A stretch of DNA of 50,992 nt from Candidatus Asgardarchaeum abyssi (lineage in GTDB: Archaea; Asgardarchaeota; Asgardarchaeia; Asgardarchaeales; Asgardarchaeaceae), in contig JBECUL010000012.1 in assembly GCA_040225955.1 (NCBI GenBank), forward strand, positions 1-50,992, in the 5' to 3' direction. The stretch's first letter is position 1; each line of letters opens with the position of its first letter. The translations under genes and the position numbers were made by a program. This document shows, in pieces, positions 9,777-19,968 of the stretch. The notes below the pieces were generated by a model. The model worked only from the letters and a program-made list of their open reading frames with translations, was not told the DNA's origin and ran no database searches.

Positions 9777-10601
9777 GTGATGATTTTTGGTTTCGTGATA
9801 GTCGATGCGGAAACTGGTTTTCCTTTGGTTAGCAGATTCTATAAGAATCTTGGGATTGAGCCAGAGAGGATCGCAGCTTTTCTCTCTGCACTATGGACTC
9901 TGTTAGAGTGGACAGCATCCGCACCTGATGAAAAAGGAAATATCAGAAGTGAAGTTATTGCAGGTTATCGGTGGTCATTCTTAAAGGAAGGAAGGCTTCT
10001 TTTTGCCGGAGTTGCCGATGTCAAGTACAATCCCCTTTGGCTTGAAGAACAGCTGAAGTACTTGAGAGATGAATTTTTCAAACATTTCCCAGAAATGACG
10101 GACCGGAAAAAAGTCGATCTAATATTATCCGAGGCAAAAGGGGATCCATCTCGTTGGGCAACATTTGTTAATACTATTGATGAGGCTGTTGAGAGTTGGT
10201 TAGAATCTAATAAGAGAGCTTACGCAGCTCAAGTTCTTGATATAATTGAAGTATATCAACAGTTTATTAATGTTTACACATATCCTCTGTCAGAAGAAGA
10301 AATGAACGCTTTTGCAGTCCAAATTGAAAACATAGCTCAACAATATGGTGTGGTGTTAAAACCATCTGCCAATCCATTAGACATATCCGACAGGATAGAC
10401 GTATTAGAAGCTAGTTATTCCTCAGTGAGAGGATTCTTGATGGCTTTATTTGATGTACTTTATGAGATTGTCAGAAAAAAATTAGGTAGCGATTATGTAA
10501 AATTTGTTCAAGAGAAAGTTAATAGGCTTGTCAAATCAGAACTGGATAGAATAGATATATACGATTTAGAAAAAAATATTTTCCCTAAAATTTTAACCTG
10601 A
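9777..10601 (+). CDS. Protein with N-terminal longin-like domain and helical C-terminal region
   Basis: MIFGFVIVDAETGFPLVSRFY...IAAFLSAL...YRWSF..LLFAGVAD...LKYLRDEFFKHF fits the beta-beta-alpha-beta-beta-beta-alpha longin pattern common in Asgard archaea. SD GGAGG. Confidence 0.65.
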   Translation: MMIFGFVIVDAETGFPLVSRFYKNLGIEPERIAAFLSALWTLLEWTASAPDEKGNIRSEVIAGYRWSFLKEGRLLFAGVADVKYNPLWLEEQLKYLRDEFFKHFPEMTDRKKVDLILSEAKGDPSRWATFVNTIDEAVESWLESNKRAYAAQVLDIIEVYQQFINVYTYPLSEEEMNAFAVQIENIAQQYGVVLKPSANPLDISDRIDVLEASYSSVRGFLMALFDVLYEIVRKKLGSDYVKFVQEKVNRLVKSELDRIDIYDLEKNIFPKILT

Positions 10602-11129
10602 TGTTTTTTCATAGATTTCAAATATTTTTTCTATCAAGGCTTCAAATGGTTTTTCAACGTTCTCCCCTGTTTTAGCACTAGTTTCAAAAAATTGCATACC
10701 ATAAGCCTCTGCTATTTTTTTCCCCTCTTCAGGGGATACTTGTCTTTGATCTTCTAAGTCCTTCTTAGTTGCTACTAATACCATTGGTATTTCTTCGCAA
10801 TGCTGGTCAACTTCGCTTATCCATTTTGGAATATTCTCAAACGACTTTTTGTTTGTTACATCATAACATATTATTGCACCAGAGGCGCCTCTAAAGTACG
10901 AAGTTCTTATGTAATTAAATCTCTCCTGTCCCCCGGTATCCCAAATATCTAGAACAACTGTTTTATTGTTATACTCAACAACCCGTTTTAGGAAATTTAC
11001 CCCTATCGTTAATATATAAGTCTCACTGAAGTAATTTTTTGCATATCTTATTGCAAGTGAGGTCTTTCCGACATAAGCGTCTCCCACGACAATTATTTTA
11101 AAAATATAGGTTTCTTTTTTTTCGCCCAT
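10593..11129 (-). CDS. Rab-like small GTPase (Ras superfamily)
   Basis: G1 GDAYVGKT, G2 TIG, G3 WDTGGQE, G4 TKKD, G5 ETSAK. RabF-like IGVNF, RFNYI, YFRGA. No C-terminal prenylation motif. Confidence 0.93.
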   Translation of the reverse strand: MGEKKETYIFKIIVVGDAYVGKTSLAIRYAKNYFSETYILTIGVNFLKRVVEYNNKTVVLDIWDTGGQERFNYIRTSYFRGASGAIICYDVTNKKSFENIPKWISEVDQHCEEIPMVLVATKKDLEDQRQVSPEEGKKIAEAYGMQFFETSAKTGENVEKPFEALIEKIFEIYEKTSG

Positions 11130-11180
11130 AGTGACACCTCTTTACAAAATAGTATATTAGGAATCTAATAAAAATTTCTT

Positions 11181-11213
11181 ATTGCTTGATTGATGATTGC
11201 TTGATTGATGATT
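11181..11213. repeat. 15-bp tandem duplication ATTGCTTGATTGATG (x2.2) upstream of the Rab-like gene
   Basis: attgcttgattgatg attgcttgattgatg att read directly. Confidence 0.85.
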
Positions 11214-11451
11214 TTTTCCCTTTCTGTCAGTTTTCTAAATTAAGATTTCTCTGTAATAGTAATTTAAAGTGCATAATTATTAAAATTAAAATTATTAATT
11301 TTTTTTGTCCAAATAAGATATTAACAACGTTATAAATATCTCAAGTTGTTTTATTTCTTACTATTATTTAAAAAAATACTACTTTATGTACCTATGGTTC
11401 CATGTTCTATAAAGACATTGTATTTTTTAGCAGGATAATAAATAATAACTA

Positions 11452-13077
11452 TTACAGAAAAGTGTCAAGACCTTTTAGTTCCTTTTTTTCGTTTTTTGTT
11501 TTTTCTTCGCGTTTTCTTCCTCCTTTAGAAATAAGAATTTGTAATGGTTTTTCCTTAAATCGATAGTAAGCCGTCTTTCCAACCGAGATTGGCATGTCTG
11601 TTGCCTTTATTTTTACAATGAATGACTGATTTATCTTAGAAGCCGATGATTTAACTAGAGCCCAGCCTCTTGGTAATAATGAAACCTCTTTTGCAACATC
11701 CCCCAGAATCTCTGTCAATCTTGCTAGGTCAACATCTTCAACCCGATGAGCAATTATATTTTGCCCGAGTTGAGTAGTAATTGTCTTATCAACAAGAGCA
11801 GGTCTTTGAGTGGCAAAAAATGGCGTCACTCCATTTCTTGGACCAGTTGTTGCAATAAGCTTTATAATATCTTTAAGCATTTCAACTTTTTCTCTATTTG
11901 TAAGTTCTATACCGCCCCTTTCAGGAACGAATAAGTGTGCCTCGTCCAATACTATTATTGCGCCAAAATTCTCATCGTATATAGCCTCATCGTATATGAG
12001 CTTTAATATTATTGCAAGTTTCTCAAATACATTGGCCCAATCTCTGGTCTTAGATAAATCGATGTGAACAATACTTATTTTCTTTAGAAGTAAAGCTATA
12101 TCATCTGTAGTGATACCTTCTTCCTTCGCCTTAAAGCATTTCTTCCAATTATAAAGAGCATTTCTTACACTCTCTCTCATTTCGGGTGATGTAAGCCTAG
12201 GAATTATTTCTTCTTCTACAAAATCTGGTTCAAATCTCAGTTCAACACCGTCTCTTACTGCAGATTCCACTGCCACATTTATTGCCCTTGCCTCTTTGCT
12301 ATTTGGTGCAATTCCCAATACTCCAAATAATCGCTTTCTAAAGTCGTCTGGGCTTCTAAAAATCTGGCTTCCTAAAGAAATTTCATCTATATGAATCCGT
12401 CTATAGTTTTCCTCACCAACTAAAGATACTAATTTCTGAGAACCATACTCTCCATCCTTGTCAATTATAAGTAAATGAGGCTGGCTCCCCTTATTTAATA
12501 ACACTTTCATTATGTTATATATTACTGTAGCCATTGTTGTTGTTTTTCCAGTACCAACTCCTCCAACGACTAAAAGACCTTGTCGCATAAGTAAAGGTAA
12601 TTCTAGGCTCATTTCTTGCTTAAAGGACGGATATATTTCTCCTAAAACTATATAGTCTTGTTCTGGTCGGAGAAGAAGCTCCAAAATTTCCTCGCTTGGC
12701 TTATAGACTGGAGATTGAGGTATAACGTGCTGCAAAAGCATCCTCAGCTCGTCTCTCTTACCTAAATTCTCAAGCTTAGTATAATAACCTATTTGTTTTG
12801 CTACGGCTCTAGGGTAGTTCCTCGAAGAATCTTTTATAATTTTACCTAATCGTAATAGATCTTCCTCGAACGACTTTGCTTTTCTTCTAACAGGCACTCG
12901 AATAACTTGATAAAATACAGGCACTCCTTCAAGAGTTGGATGTTCAATGCAGACGATTTCACCAATTTCTACATGAGCATTAAGCTGAACAGTGAACGTG
13001 ATAACATCTGGCTCATAAGTGCCATATTCGCTGAATAAATATCCCACTAGCTCATGAAAAATCTTATCTCTCTCCAT
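11452..13077 (-). CDS. herA: HerA/FtsK-family ATPase (HAS barrel plus P-loop)
   Basis: N-terminal barrel (VEIGEIVCI), Walker A GGVGTGKT, IIDKDGEY, Walker B IVLDEAHLF, ATQRP. Coupled to the upstream nurA. Confidence 0.85.
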   Translation of the reverse strand: MERDKIFHELVGYLFSEYGTYEPDVITFTVQLNAHVEIGEIVCIEHPTLEGVPVFYQVIRVPVRRKAKSFEEDLLRLGKIIKDSSRNYPRAVAKQIGYYTKLENLGKRDELRMLLQHVIPQSPVYKPSEEILELLLRPEQDYIVLGEIYPSFKQEMSLELPLLMRQGLLVVGGVGTGKTTTMATVIYNIMKVLLNKGSQPHLLIIDKDGEYGSQKLVSLVGEENYRRIHIDEISLGSQIFRSPDDFRKRLFGVLGIAPNSKEARAINVAVESAVRDGVELRFEPDFVEEEIIPRLTSPEMRESVRNALYNWKKCFKAKEEGITTDDIALLLKKISIVHIDLSKTRDWANVFEKLAIILKLIYDEAIYDENFGAIIVLDEAHLFVPERGGIELTNREKVEMLKDIIKLIATTGPRNGVTPFFATQRPALVDKTITTQLGQNIIAHRVEDVDLARLTEILGDVAKEVSLLPRGWALVKSSASKINQSFIVKIKATDMPISVGKTAYYRFKEKPLQILISKGGRKREEKTKNEKKELKGLDTFL

Positions 13078-14204
13078 TATAATCCTCCTCCATAAATACT
13101 TAGTATTGCAATCAACTCTTTTATATCTCTCCCTCTCTCAATAATTCTCTTTATGTAATCGTGTATCAACTCATCATGAATCTCTCTAATAAGCTGTGAA
13201 CCGATTTTTGTTTCTTCATCAGCTTTCATAACGGGGTACGGTATACCTTCCAGTGTGGACATATCAAAAAGATAGCGTAATATACCCTTAACATCATGAA
13301 ATGTTGGACCAAAGTCAACTCTAAATGGAGCACAACTCTCATTCATCTTGATATATGTAAATTTAGGTTTTAGATCATTCAATAGCCTAATGAATTCAGT
13401 ATTTCTTGCAAGCCTAATTGGATATCCTAATGGTGGACAGGGATAAAACTCTCCTACATTTAAGACTCTTGAGAGAATCAAATGGTCATAACTTTTCCAA
13501 TTATGTTTTTTAGAACGAGCTAAAATTAAAGAATGAGGTCTTTTAACAAATCCAATCATAGTTATTTTCTTATTGGTTGCAAGTGTATGCGCGTTATAAA
13601 CGGCAGTCTTAAATCTAGAGAATGCAACAAGCTTGTAATCTCTCAATGACTTTATCTCTTCCAATCCCTCCTTAACCTTATTAAGAACACCTTCTGGAGG
13701 AAAAAGAGCACCAGGAGGTATTAATGGGCCATCTATTATTAGAAGCTCTGGTTTCCATTCCTTTATTACCTCACTTGCAAGCTCAAAAACTTTTGCCTCT
13801 CTGAGTCTATCAAGTACGTCACGCATCGATTTCTCCTCACTGAAAAGAGTTATGTGTTCTATTTTATTTGGCACAATTTCTGGTTTACCAATTCTTCTCT
13901 TTTCAATTCTATCTCCATTGAATAATAACGCTACTGAGGCACAAATGCCAATCATTCCCACATTTAGTGTGAAAACATTACTACCCCCATCAATAACTGC
14001 AATCTTCCTGACACTGATTGGTTGTATACCATTTAAGTTGCCTATACGTGTATTTTCTAATGAAACTACTTGTTGCTCCATGTATTCTTGAATTTTAGAA
14101 AAATATTTATCAAGCTCTGTTCGTAAGCTATCGATCAACTCTGATGATACAGTAATTAGCTCATCTACACTTTTTTCTTCTCTTGAATTGATCAAATCGA
14201 TCAC
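13077..14204 (-). CDS. nurA: NurA-family nuclease
   Basis: AVIDGGS, LIIDGPL, IGFVKR, RVDF, GIPYPVMKADE. Stop/start overlap with herA at 13077. Confidence 0.85.
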   Translation of the reverse strand: MIDLINSREEKSVDELITVSSELIDSLRTELDKYFSKIQEYMEQQVVSLENTRIGNLNGIQPISVRKIAVIDGGSNVFTLNVGMIGICASVALLFNGDRIEKRRIGKPEIVPNKIEHITLFSEEKSMRDVLDRLREAKVFELASEVIKEWKPELLIIDGPLIPPGALFPPEGVLNKVKEGLEEIKSLRDYKLVAFSRFKTAVYNAHTLATNKKITMIGFVKRPHSLILARSKKHNWKSYDHLILSRVLNVGEFYPCPPLGYPIRLARNTEFIRLLNDLKPKFTYIKMNESCAPFRVDFGPTFHDVKGILRYLFDMSTLEGIPYPVMKADEETKIGSQLIREIHDELIHDYIKRIIERGRDIKELIAILSIYGGGL

Positions 14205-14377
14205 TTCTCCTACTATTATGTAAAAAGTGTATGTACGAAAATAAGAATATATCGTTTTATCACAAAATCTGTAGTATTCTTTACTTAATATATGACTATT
14301 TTTTGTTTAACCTTAGTTAAGATAATTTTTTAAATAATGTCTCAACTATAATCTAATATCATTACTTACTGGGGCTG

Positions 14378-15064
14378 ATGCCAATGCGTTTAACCCGCAA
14401 ATTCACAAAATCATCTGGCAAATTATTTTTTAAAGATGCCATCCGAAAATATATTCGGTTGGTTAATCCATTTCTCTATGTTAAAAAAGAAATAGTTATC
14501 GAAATAATTAGGGAAACAACAATTGCGCTTATAGTTTTTAACTTTTTCTTTGAGTTAATTGCCGGGCACTTATTTTCTGAAATAAGTATTTACTATAAGC
14601 TTCTTCCTGGGATTTTTCTGATAATTCCTGGTCTTCTTGAACAAAGAGGCAATATAGCATCCAGCTTTGCTCAAAGAATAGGAAGCGCAGTACATTTGGG
14701 TATTGTTGATTGGAGTAAAAAGTTCAATGACGAGATGATAGAGAACCTTAAAGCTGTTATGATAATGGCTTTTCTGAATGCAATAGTACTTGCTATTGGT
14801 GCTTATCTACTAGCAACCCTTAAGCAAATACCCTCAATTACTATAATTGGATATTTTCTATTTGCGATAATAACAACATCAATTGCTATATTAATGGCAC
14901 CGGTGACAATTATCATTTCATTATATTTCCATAGAAAAGGTATAGATCCTGATAACGTTGTTATTCCAATACTTTCATCTCTGAATGATATTTTTGTCGT
15001 CTGTATAATCATCACTGTACTTCGTTTAATGTTATGGCTTTCCAATTTCATTCCAATTGTCTGA
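14378..15064 (+). CDS. MgtE/SLC41-type divalent cation transporter membrane domain, half 1
   Basis: IPGLLEQRGNIAS..QRIGSAVHLG and GIDPDNVVIP..SSLND motifs. Confidence 0.85.
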   Translation: MPMRLTRKFTKSSGKLFFKDAIRKYIRLVNPFLYVKKEIVIEIIRETTIALIVFNFFFELIAGHLFSEISIYYKLLPGIFLIIPGLLEQRGNIASSFAQRIGSAVHLGIVDWSKKFNDEMIENLKAVMIMAFLNAIVLAIGAYLLATLKQIPSITIIGYFLFAIITTSIAILMAPVTIIISLYFHRKGIDPDNVVIPILSSLNDIFVVCIIITVLRLMLWLSNFIPIV

Positions 15065-15073
15065 GGGAGTTAT

Positions 15074-15628
15074 ATGACCATATATAAAGCTAGTAAAATA
15101 ATTAGGGAGAGTATGCCGTTTTTTCTTCTGTTACTTATTATCAGCTGGATTACAGGTGATATTTGGGAAAATATAAGCGGTTTACTATTGGGAAAATATT
15201 CTATTTTTCTTATCATACTCCCTGGATATATTAGCGCTATTGGTAGTATTGGAAGTGTATACGTTTCTCGTCTGTCTTCACACATCTTGATTGGTGATCT
15301 TGATGAACATTTTAAGCCACGCTCCATCTTTTTAGCGAATATATTAGGGCTTTTTGTATCTTCTATCATTTACTTTTCTATGTTGTCCATCGCTGGATTC
15401 GTACTTGCTACACTTTTTCAGTTTCCTGTACTAGCTTTAAACATTTTTATTATAACTATAGGTGCTGGTTTAATTTCAATTGCTTGTATAATGATTGTAG
15501 GCACCATTGTTACATTCTTTGCTTACAAAAAGGGGCTAGATCCTGATAATTTTACATCACCATTAATGTCAAATTTAGGTGATTTATTTGGGTCACTTTT
15601 CCTTGGAATATTTGTTTTATCGTTTTAG
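15074..15628 (+). CDS. MgtE/SLC41-type divalent cation transporter membrane domain, half 2
   Basis: LPGYISAIGSIGS..SRLSS and GLDPDNFTSPLMSNLGD motifs. Confidence 0.85.
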   Translation: MTIYKASKIIRESMPFFLLLLIISWITGDIWENISGLLLGKYSIFLIILPGYISAIGSIGSVYVSRLSSHILIGDLDEHFKPRSIFLANILGLFVSSIIYFSMLSIAGFVLATLFQFPVLALNIFIITIGAGLISIACIMIVGTIVTFFAYKKGLDPDNFTSPLMSNLGDLFGSLFLGIFVLSF

Positions 15629-15698
15629 AATTTAGTAGTTATGTTAAACTTTAAATAAATTAAGGCATCATTGTATAGTAGAGTGAGGAGGAATAAGG

Positions 15699-16898
15699 TT
15701 GAAACTTAAAGAAGTAAAATATGAACCAATTTCCGTTAAAGAATTATTAAAGCGTATGAGTACTTGTTCTTCGCTAATGGTCGACCTAGCTTATACCTCC
15801 TTCTTGTTCAATAACAAACAACTCGCTGAAGAAGTAATGAAACTTGAGGAGAATGTTGATTACTTGAGTTATCTTCTTCTAATGAACTCTTCACTTGCTG
15901 TTCGTGATAAAGAGGATGCTGAGCAAATAGCTGGCATCTTGAAAGTAGCTTCCGCGGTTGATGCTATATCTAATGCCGCAGCAGATATCGCAAATTTGGT
16001 ACTTTTAGGTATTACCGCACATGACCTAGTTTGGTACGCATTTGAAGATACATACGAAACGGTTGATGTCTTTGAAATTCCTCCAAATCGGGGTTTTGAT
16101 GGAAAGACCTTAGAAGAATTGAGTTTCGAATCGAAGCTTGGTGTTAATATTATTGCTATTAGAAAAGGAAGCAGATGGATCGTTAACCCTCCAGATAATA
16201 CACCCTTAGAGGTTAATGATGTTATCATAGTCCGTGGTGGTGTGGATAGCATAGAACATATGGAGCAGCTCTTTGGAATAAAAAGAGAAAAACTTATGGA
16301 AAAAGTTTCACCAGAGTGGAAGAAAGTAGGAAAGATGATAGAAGATCTAAAGGATATAAGCGAATTGATGACATATTTAGCATATTCTGCTCTAATGTTT
16401 AACGATAAGGAGTTAGCTAAAGAGGTTCAGAGGTTAGAAGAATACGTAGATGATTTACATATGAACTATGAATTATCAGTTCTAAGGATGAGCAGTAGCC
16501 TTTCTAAGGATGAAAAAACAATTTTGGGTCTGTTGCGACTTGGTATTGCAACCGAAAACATGGCGGATGCAGCTGCTCTAATGGGCGAGATTACACTACG
16601 GGGTCTTGCACCGCACCCAATATTAAAGTCTGTTGTTAATGAATCTGAAGAGATTATAATTCCTGTGAGAGTAACCGAAAAGTCTTCAATTGCAAATAAG
16701 AGACTTTACGATACAGATCTTGAGGAGATTGGAGCCATAGTTCTAGCCGTTAGACGAGACAGAGAATGGTTTTTCGAACCTGATGAAAACTTTGTTTTTC
16801 TTCCTCATGATGTTTTAATAGTCAGAATATATCCCGAAACAAAGCATGAGCTAATCAGACTAGTTGGGGAACCAACTACTGCTGAAAAAGAAAAGTAA
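15699..16898 (+). CDS. Tandem PhoU-like plus TrkA-C (RCK-C) domain protein (duplicated module)
   Basis: Two repeats of S.LM.DLAY..L.FN.K.LA.EV..LEE.VD, each followed by a TrkA-C-like segment (GVNIIAIRKG; GAIVLAVRRD). This is a usual neighbour of archaeal MgtE genes. Confidence 0.85.
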   Translation: MKLKEVKYEPISVKELLKRMSTCSSLMVDLAYTSFLFNNKQLAEEVMKLEENVDYLSYLLLMNSSLAVRDKEDAEQIAGILKVASAVDAISNAAADIANLVLLGITAHDLVWYAFEDTYETVDVFEIPPNRGFDGKTLEELSFESKLGVNIIAIRKGSRWIVNPPDNTPLEVNDVIIVRGGVDSIEHMEQLFGIKREKLMEKVSPEWKKVGKMIEDLKDISELMTYLAYSALMFNDKELAKEVQRLEEYVDDLHMNYELSVLRMSSSLSKDEKTILGLLRLGIATENMADAAALMGEITLRGLAPHPILKSVVNESEEIIIPVRVTEKSSIANKRLYDTDLEEIGAIVLAVRRDREWFFEPDENFVFLPHDVLIVRIYPETKHELIRLVGEPTTAEKEK

Positions 16899-17077
16899 AA
16901 TTAAAATAGTCTAATTTCTTATAGGGCCGAAAATAAATTCATAAAGATAATTCTCAAAAAATTGAAATAGTACTTATTTGCCTATGTTAATTAGTTGTTA
17001 TATTTTCAAATTTTATTGATATTGATTGAAATATCATTATATTTTCATACTGTCGCTTATAAAAAGAAGCAAATACG

Positions 17078-17539
17078 GTGAGACCATTGAGAAATAAATT
17101 AGATCCTCAAACAAAAGAAATTTTGAAGATTTTGTTTAAAAATTCGAGAGCAAGTTTTGTTGAAATCTCTAAGCTTACGAGTATTCCATTTAGCACCGTA
17201 AGATATAAAATACAAAATCTTACAAAGAACAGATTCATTAAGAAATTTACGATAATTATTGATCCCGAAAAGATAAATGTTGTTAGTGCTATCTTATTAA
17301 TAAAAACCGATGGCCAGACCGAAGAAGTAATCAAAAGATGTAGTGAACTGCATAATTCCGCTATAGTGGCTACCCTGATAGGAAGTTATGACGTATTTAT
17401 GGAAGTTATAGGTAAAAGTCTATATGAATTAAAAGAACTTACCGATGAGATAAAGAACTTTCCTCATGTTTCGGATGTTGCTGTTAGCGTTGTTATAAAG
17501 TGGGACAAATGGGAATTCCCTGCTGATCTTATAGGCTGA
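17078..17539 (+). CDS. Lrp/AsnC-family transcriptional regulator
   Basis: LD..KEILKIL..NSRASF.EIS...STVRYKIQNL wHTH, followed by a RAM domain (GSYD). Confidence 0.9.
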   Translation: MRPLRNKLDPQTKEILKILFKNSRASFVEISKLTSIPFSTVRYKIQNLTKNRFIKKFTIIIDPEKINVVSAILLIKTDGQTEEVIKRCSELHNSAIVATLIGSYDVFMEVIGKSLYELKELTDEIKNFPHVSDVAVSVVIKWDKWEFPADLIG

Positions 17540-17577
17540 TCCTTAATTACTAATGAAACTTTGCGAGGTGTATTAAA

Positions 17578-18762
17578 TTGAAAAGAACCTTGTTACTAAT
17601 ACTAGTAATTATCTCGCTAGGGCATTTCATGAACCATGTTGCGCTAGGAGTCCTACCTGCTTTATTTCCAATTATCAGAAGAGACATCCCACTTAGTTAT
17701 ACTGAGATGGGTATGCTTGGAACAGCTGTAGCATTAATAGCTGCTATAACAAATTACTTGTCTGGAAGACTAGCAGATAAAAAAGGCGCAGAGAAAATCT
17801 TAGCAGGAGGTCTTACTGTACTAAGTCTCGCAGTGCTTGTAACTGCATATATTAAATGTTTCTTAGAATTCCTTGTAACCAGAATCCTAGAGGGTATTGG
17901 GTCGGGAAGCTGGCATCCTCCAGCCGCTACATACACCGCAAAAAAATTTCCTAAAAAACGCTTAGGTTTTGCTTTTTCAATACAAGGATCCGCTGGTATT
18001 GTAGGTTCCGCCGTAGCTCCACTTTTTGTTGTTCCACTTGCTGCCATATATAACTGGAGGGTAAGTCTATTATTTTCTGGTGGGATAGTATTACTCGTTG
18101 CCATTATACTCCTTTTCACCCTAACCAGAAAGGATATTGTAGAGGCAGATAGTTGCAACAATACAATAGAAAATAGTAGTAGAAGTAATATAGAGATGAG
18201 TAGGGGAATATCAGCAGTCTCCTTTGCGCATTTTATAATTTTGATGATACTACTTGTTATAGCTCGTAACTCCGCATTTAGAACAATTATTTACTTCACA
18301 TCAATATTCTTAAATGATATTGGTAATTATGATCCAATCATGTCAGGACTATTAACATCTGTAGTTTTAGGATTCGGGGCTATAGGAGGATTATTAGGAG
18401 GTAAAGTTGTAGATAGATTTAGTAGTCTATTCACTCTCAGAATATCAACTTTCTCAGCTGGTGTTATATTTGTAGTCTTATTCTTTTATCAGAAAAATAT
18501 ACTATTTCTTCTTAGTCTTGTAACTCTTCTCTTCTTTTTTGGTATGCCTGGTTTAGAATCTTATGTAGTAAAAATGTCTTCGAGTGAAAAGAGGGGTGAA
18601 GTATACGGTATAATTTTTTCGGTAGGCCCGATTGTTAGTGCTTTTTCACCTATGTTTTTTGGATACATCGCTGATTTATTCGGTCTTCAATATGTTTTTA
18701 TAATAGTGGCATTTTTATTAATATCTGGGTTTGTAATAACTCTTCTATTACCAAAAGATTAG
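17578..18762 (+). CDS. MFS transporter
   Basis: About 12 TM segments, motif A SGRLADKKG, WHPPA, GYIADLFG. Confidence 0.92.
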   Translation: MKRTLLLILVIISLGHFMNHVALGVLPALFPIIRRDIPLSYTEMGMLGTAVALIAAITNYLSGRLADKKGAEKILAGGLTVLSLAVLVTAYIKCFLEFLVTRILEGIGSGSWHPPAATYTAKKFPKKRLGFAFSIQGSAGIVGSAVAPLFVVPLAAIYNWRVSLLFSGGIVLLVAIILLFTLTRKDIVEADSCNNTIENSSRSNIEMSRGISAVSFAHFIILMILLVIARNSAFRTIIYFTSIFLNDIGNYDPIMSGLLTSVVLGFGAIGGLLGGKVVDRFSSLFTLRISTFSAGVIFVVLFFYQKNILFLLSLVTLLFFFGMPGLESYVVKMSSSEKRGEVYGIIFSVGPIVSAFSPMFFGYIADLFGLQYVFIIVAFLLISGFVITLLLPKD

Positions 18763-18773
18763 TGGTGTTTTAG

Positions 18774-19547
18774 ATGGGATTGAAGCATAAAATGATTGCC
18801 TTCTTTGCTAATACTTATTTAAAATTAAAATCGCCTGAGGAGCGAATAGTTAGACTTATTTTAGATTGTTCGATAAAGGATATTTCTGAAAACATCATTT
18901 TCCCAGCTACGCCATTTTATGTAAAGCAAATAGTAAAACATTTTAAAGCAAAGAAAAAAGGCGATATAATATATAAGATTCCTGGATATGATGCGATTAT
19001 TGTTCCAAGTGGTATTGGTGCCCCTAGCGCTGCAATGTATATAGAAGCTTTAAGACGAGCTAATATTAAACGTATATTAAGAATAGATTTCGCAGGGTCA
19101 TTAAGCAAAGAAGTAGGTCCGGGGAAATTCTTCATACCAGAAAAAGCAATACTTGCGGATGGCACTTCTCGAGCATATTTACCTAATAGAGAATACGGAT
19201 ATCCGTCAAAAGATTTACTTGACATGATTAAAAAAGTTCTAAAAAAATTAGGATTTGAATATAAGACGGGTACTATTTATTCTCATGATTTACTATTTTT
19301 AGAAGATCCCGAATTAATTGAACATATGGTTTCCAAAGGCGCAAAAGCCGTTGATATGGAAACAGGTCTCGTGTATGCTTTGGGTGAGCTTTTCAAAATA
19401 GATGTTGTAGCACTTCTGATTATTACTAATTATGCTTTAGAGGGAATTGAGAAAGAAATATCCTCAATAGAATCATCATTCTTTGAGGGCATTGACAAAT
19501 CACTTCTATTCCTTAAGTACTTTTTATTGGAGATGTCTGAATTATAA
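18774..19547 (+). CDS. Nucleoside phosphorylase family protein (PNP/UDP fold)
   Basis: GIGAPSAA..EAL, RIDFAGSL, DGTS, AVDMETG. Confidence 0.85.
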   Translation: MGLKHKMIAFFANTYLKLKSPEERIVRLILDCSIKDISENIIFPATPFYVKQIVKHFKAKKKGDIIYKIPGYDAIIVPSGIGAPSAAMYIEALRRANIKRILRIDFAGSLSKEVGPGKFFIPEKAILADGTSRAYLPNREYGYPSKDLLDMIKKVLKKLGFEYKTGTIYSHDLLFLEDPELIEHMVSKGAKAVDMETGLVYALGELFKIDVVALLIITNYALEGIEKEISSIESSFFEGIDKSLLFLKYFLLEMSEL

Positions 19548-19619
19548 AAAGAAATAATAATATATATTATTTTTTATTTAGAAAATAATGTTTCTCATTA
19601 CTTGCTAAAGGTTATACAA

Positions 19620-19847
19620 TTAAGCTTCCACAGGCATTACTATCTCTGGAGCAAATATATTGCACCGTAGCTTCATGCTTCTCATTTTTCTACATAAATC
19701 AAAAGCATATGACATAGCTTCCTCTTTTGATTTGAAGAATAGTTTTTCAACCGATGTCACGTAGCTTCCACTAGTAACTATAACTGTCGCAACCCATAGG
19801 TCTTCCTCATTATCATACCATATCTTAATATCAACGCTTCTAACCAT
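19620..19847 (-). CDS. Small hypothetical protein (75 aa)
   Basis: ATG at 19847 preceded by an AGGTG SD. Predicted beta-beta-beta-alpha pattern (IWYD..WVATV..FKSKEEAMSYA). Confidence 0.65.
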   Translation of the reverse strand: MVRSVDIKIWYDNEEDLWVATVIVTSGSYVTSVEKLFFKSKEEAMSYAFDLCRKMRSMKLRCNIFAPEIVMPVEA

Positions 19848-19968
19848 GCAAAACACCTTTTTTTGGCTAACAGATTTTTAGCAATATTTTAATAATTTTG
19901 CGGAAAAAAAGAAAAACAATTGCCAAAAGTTAACGCAAAAAATTAATTAAAAATAGAAAAATGTTGAT

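Noticed and set aside
11181-11213. CRISPR-like or regulatory array
   Set aside because: Only a 15-bp tandem duplication with no spacers, likely slippage. No CRISPR array or cas genes were seen anywhere in the window.
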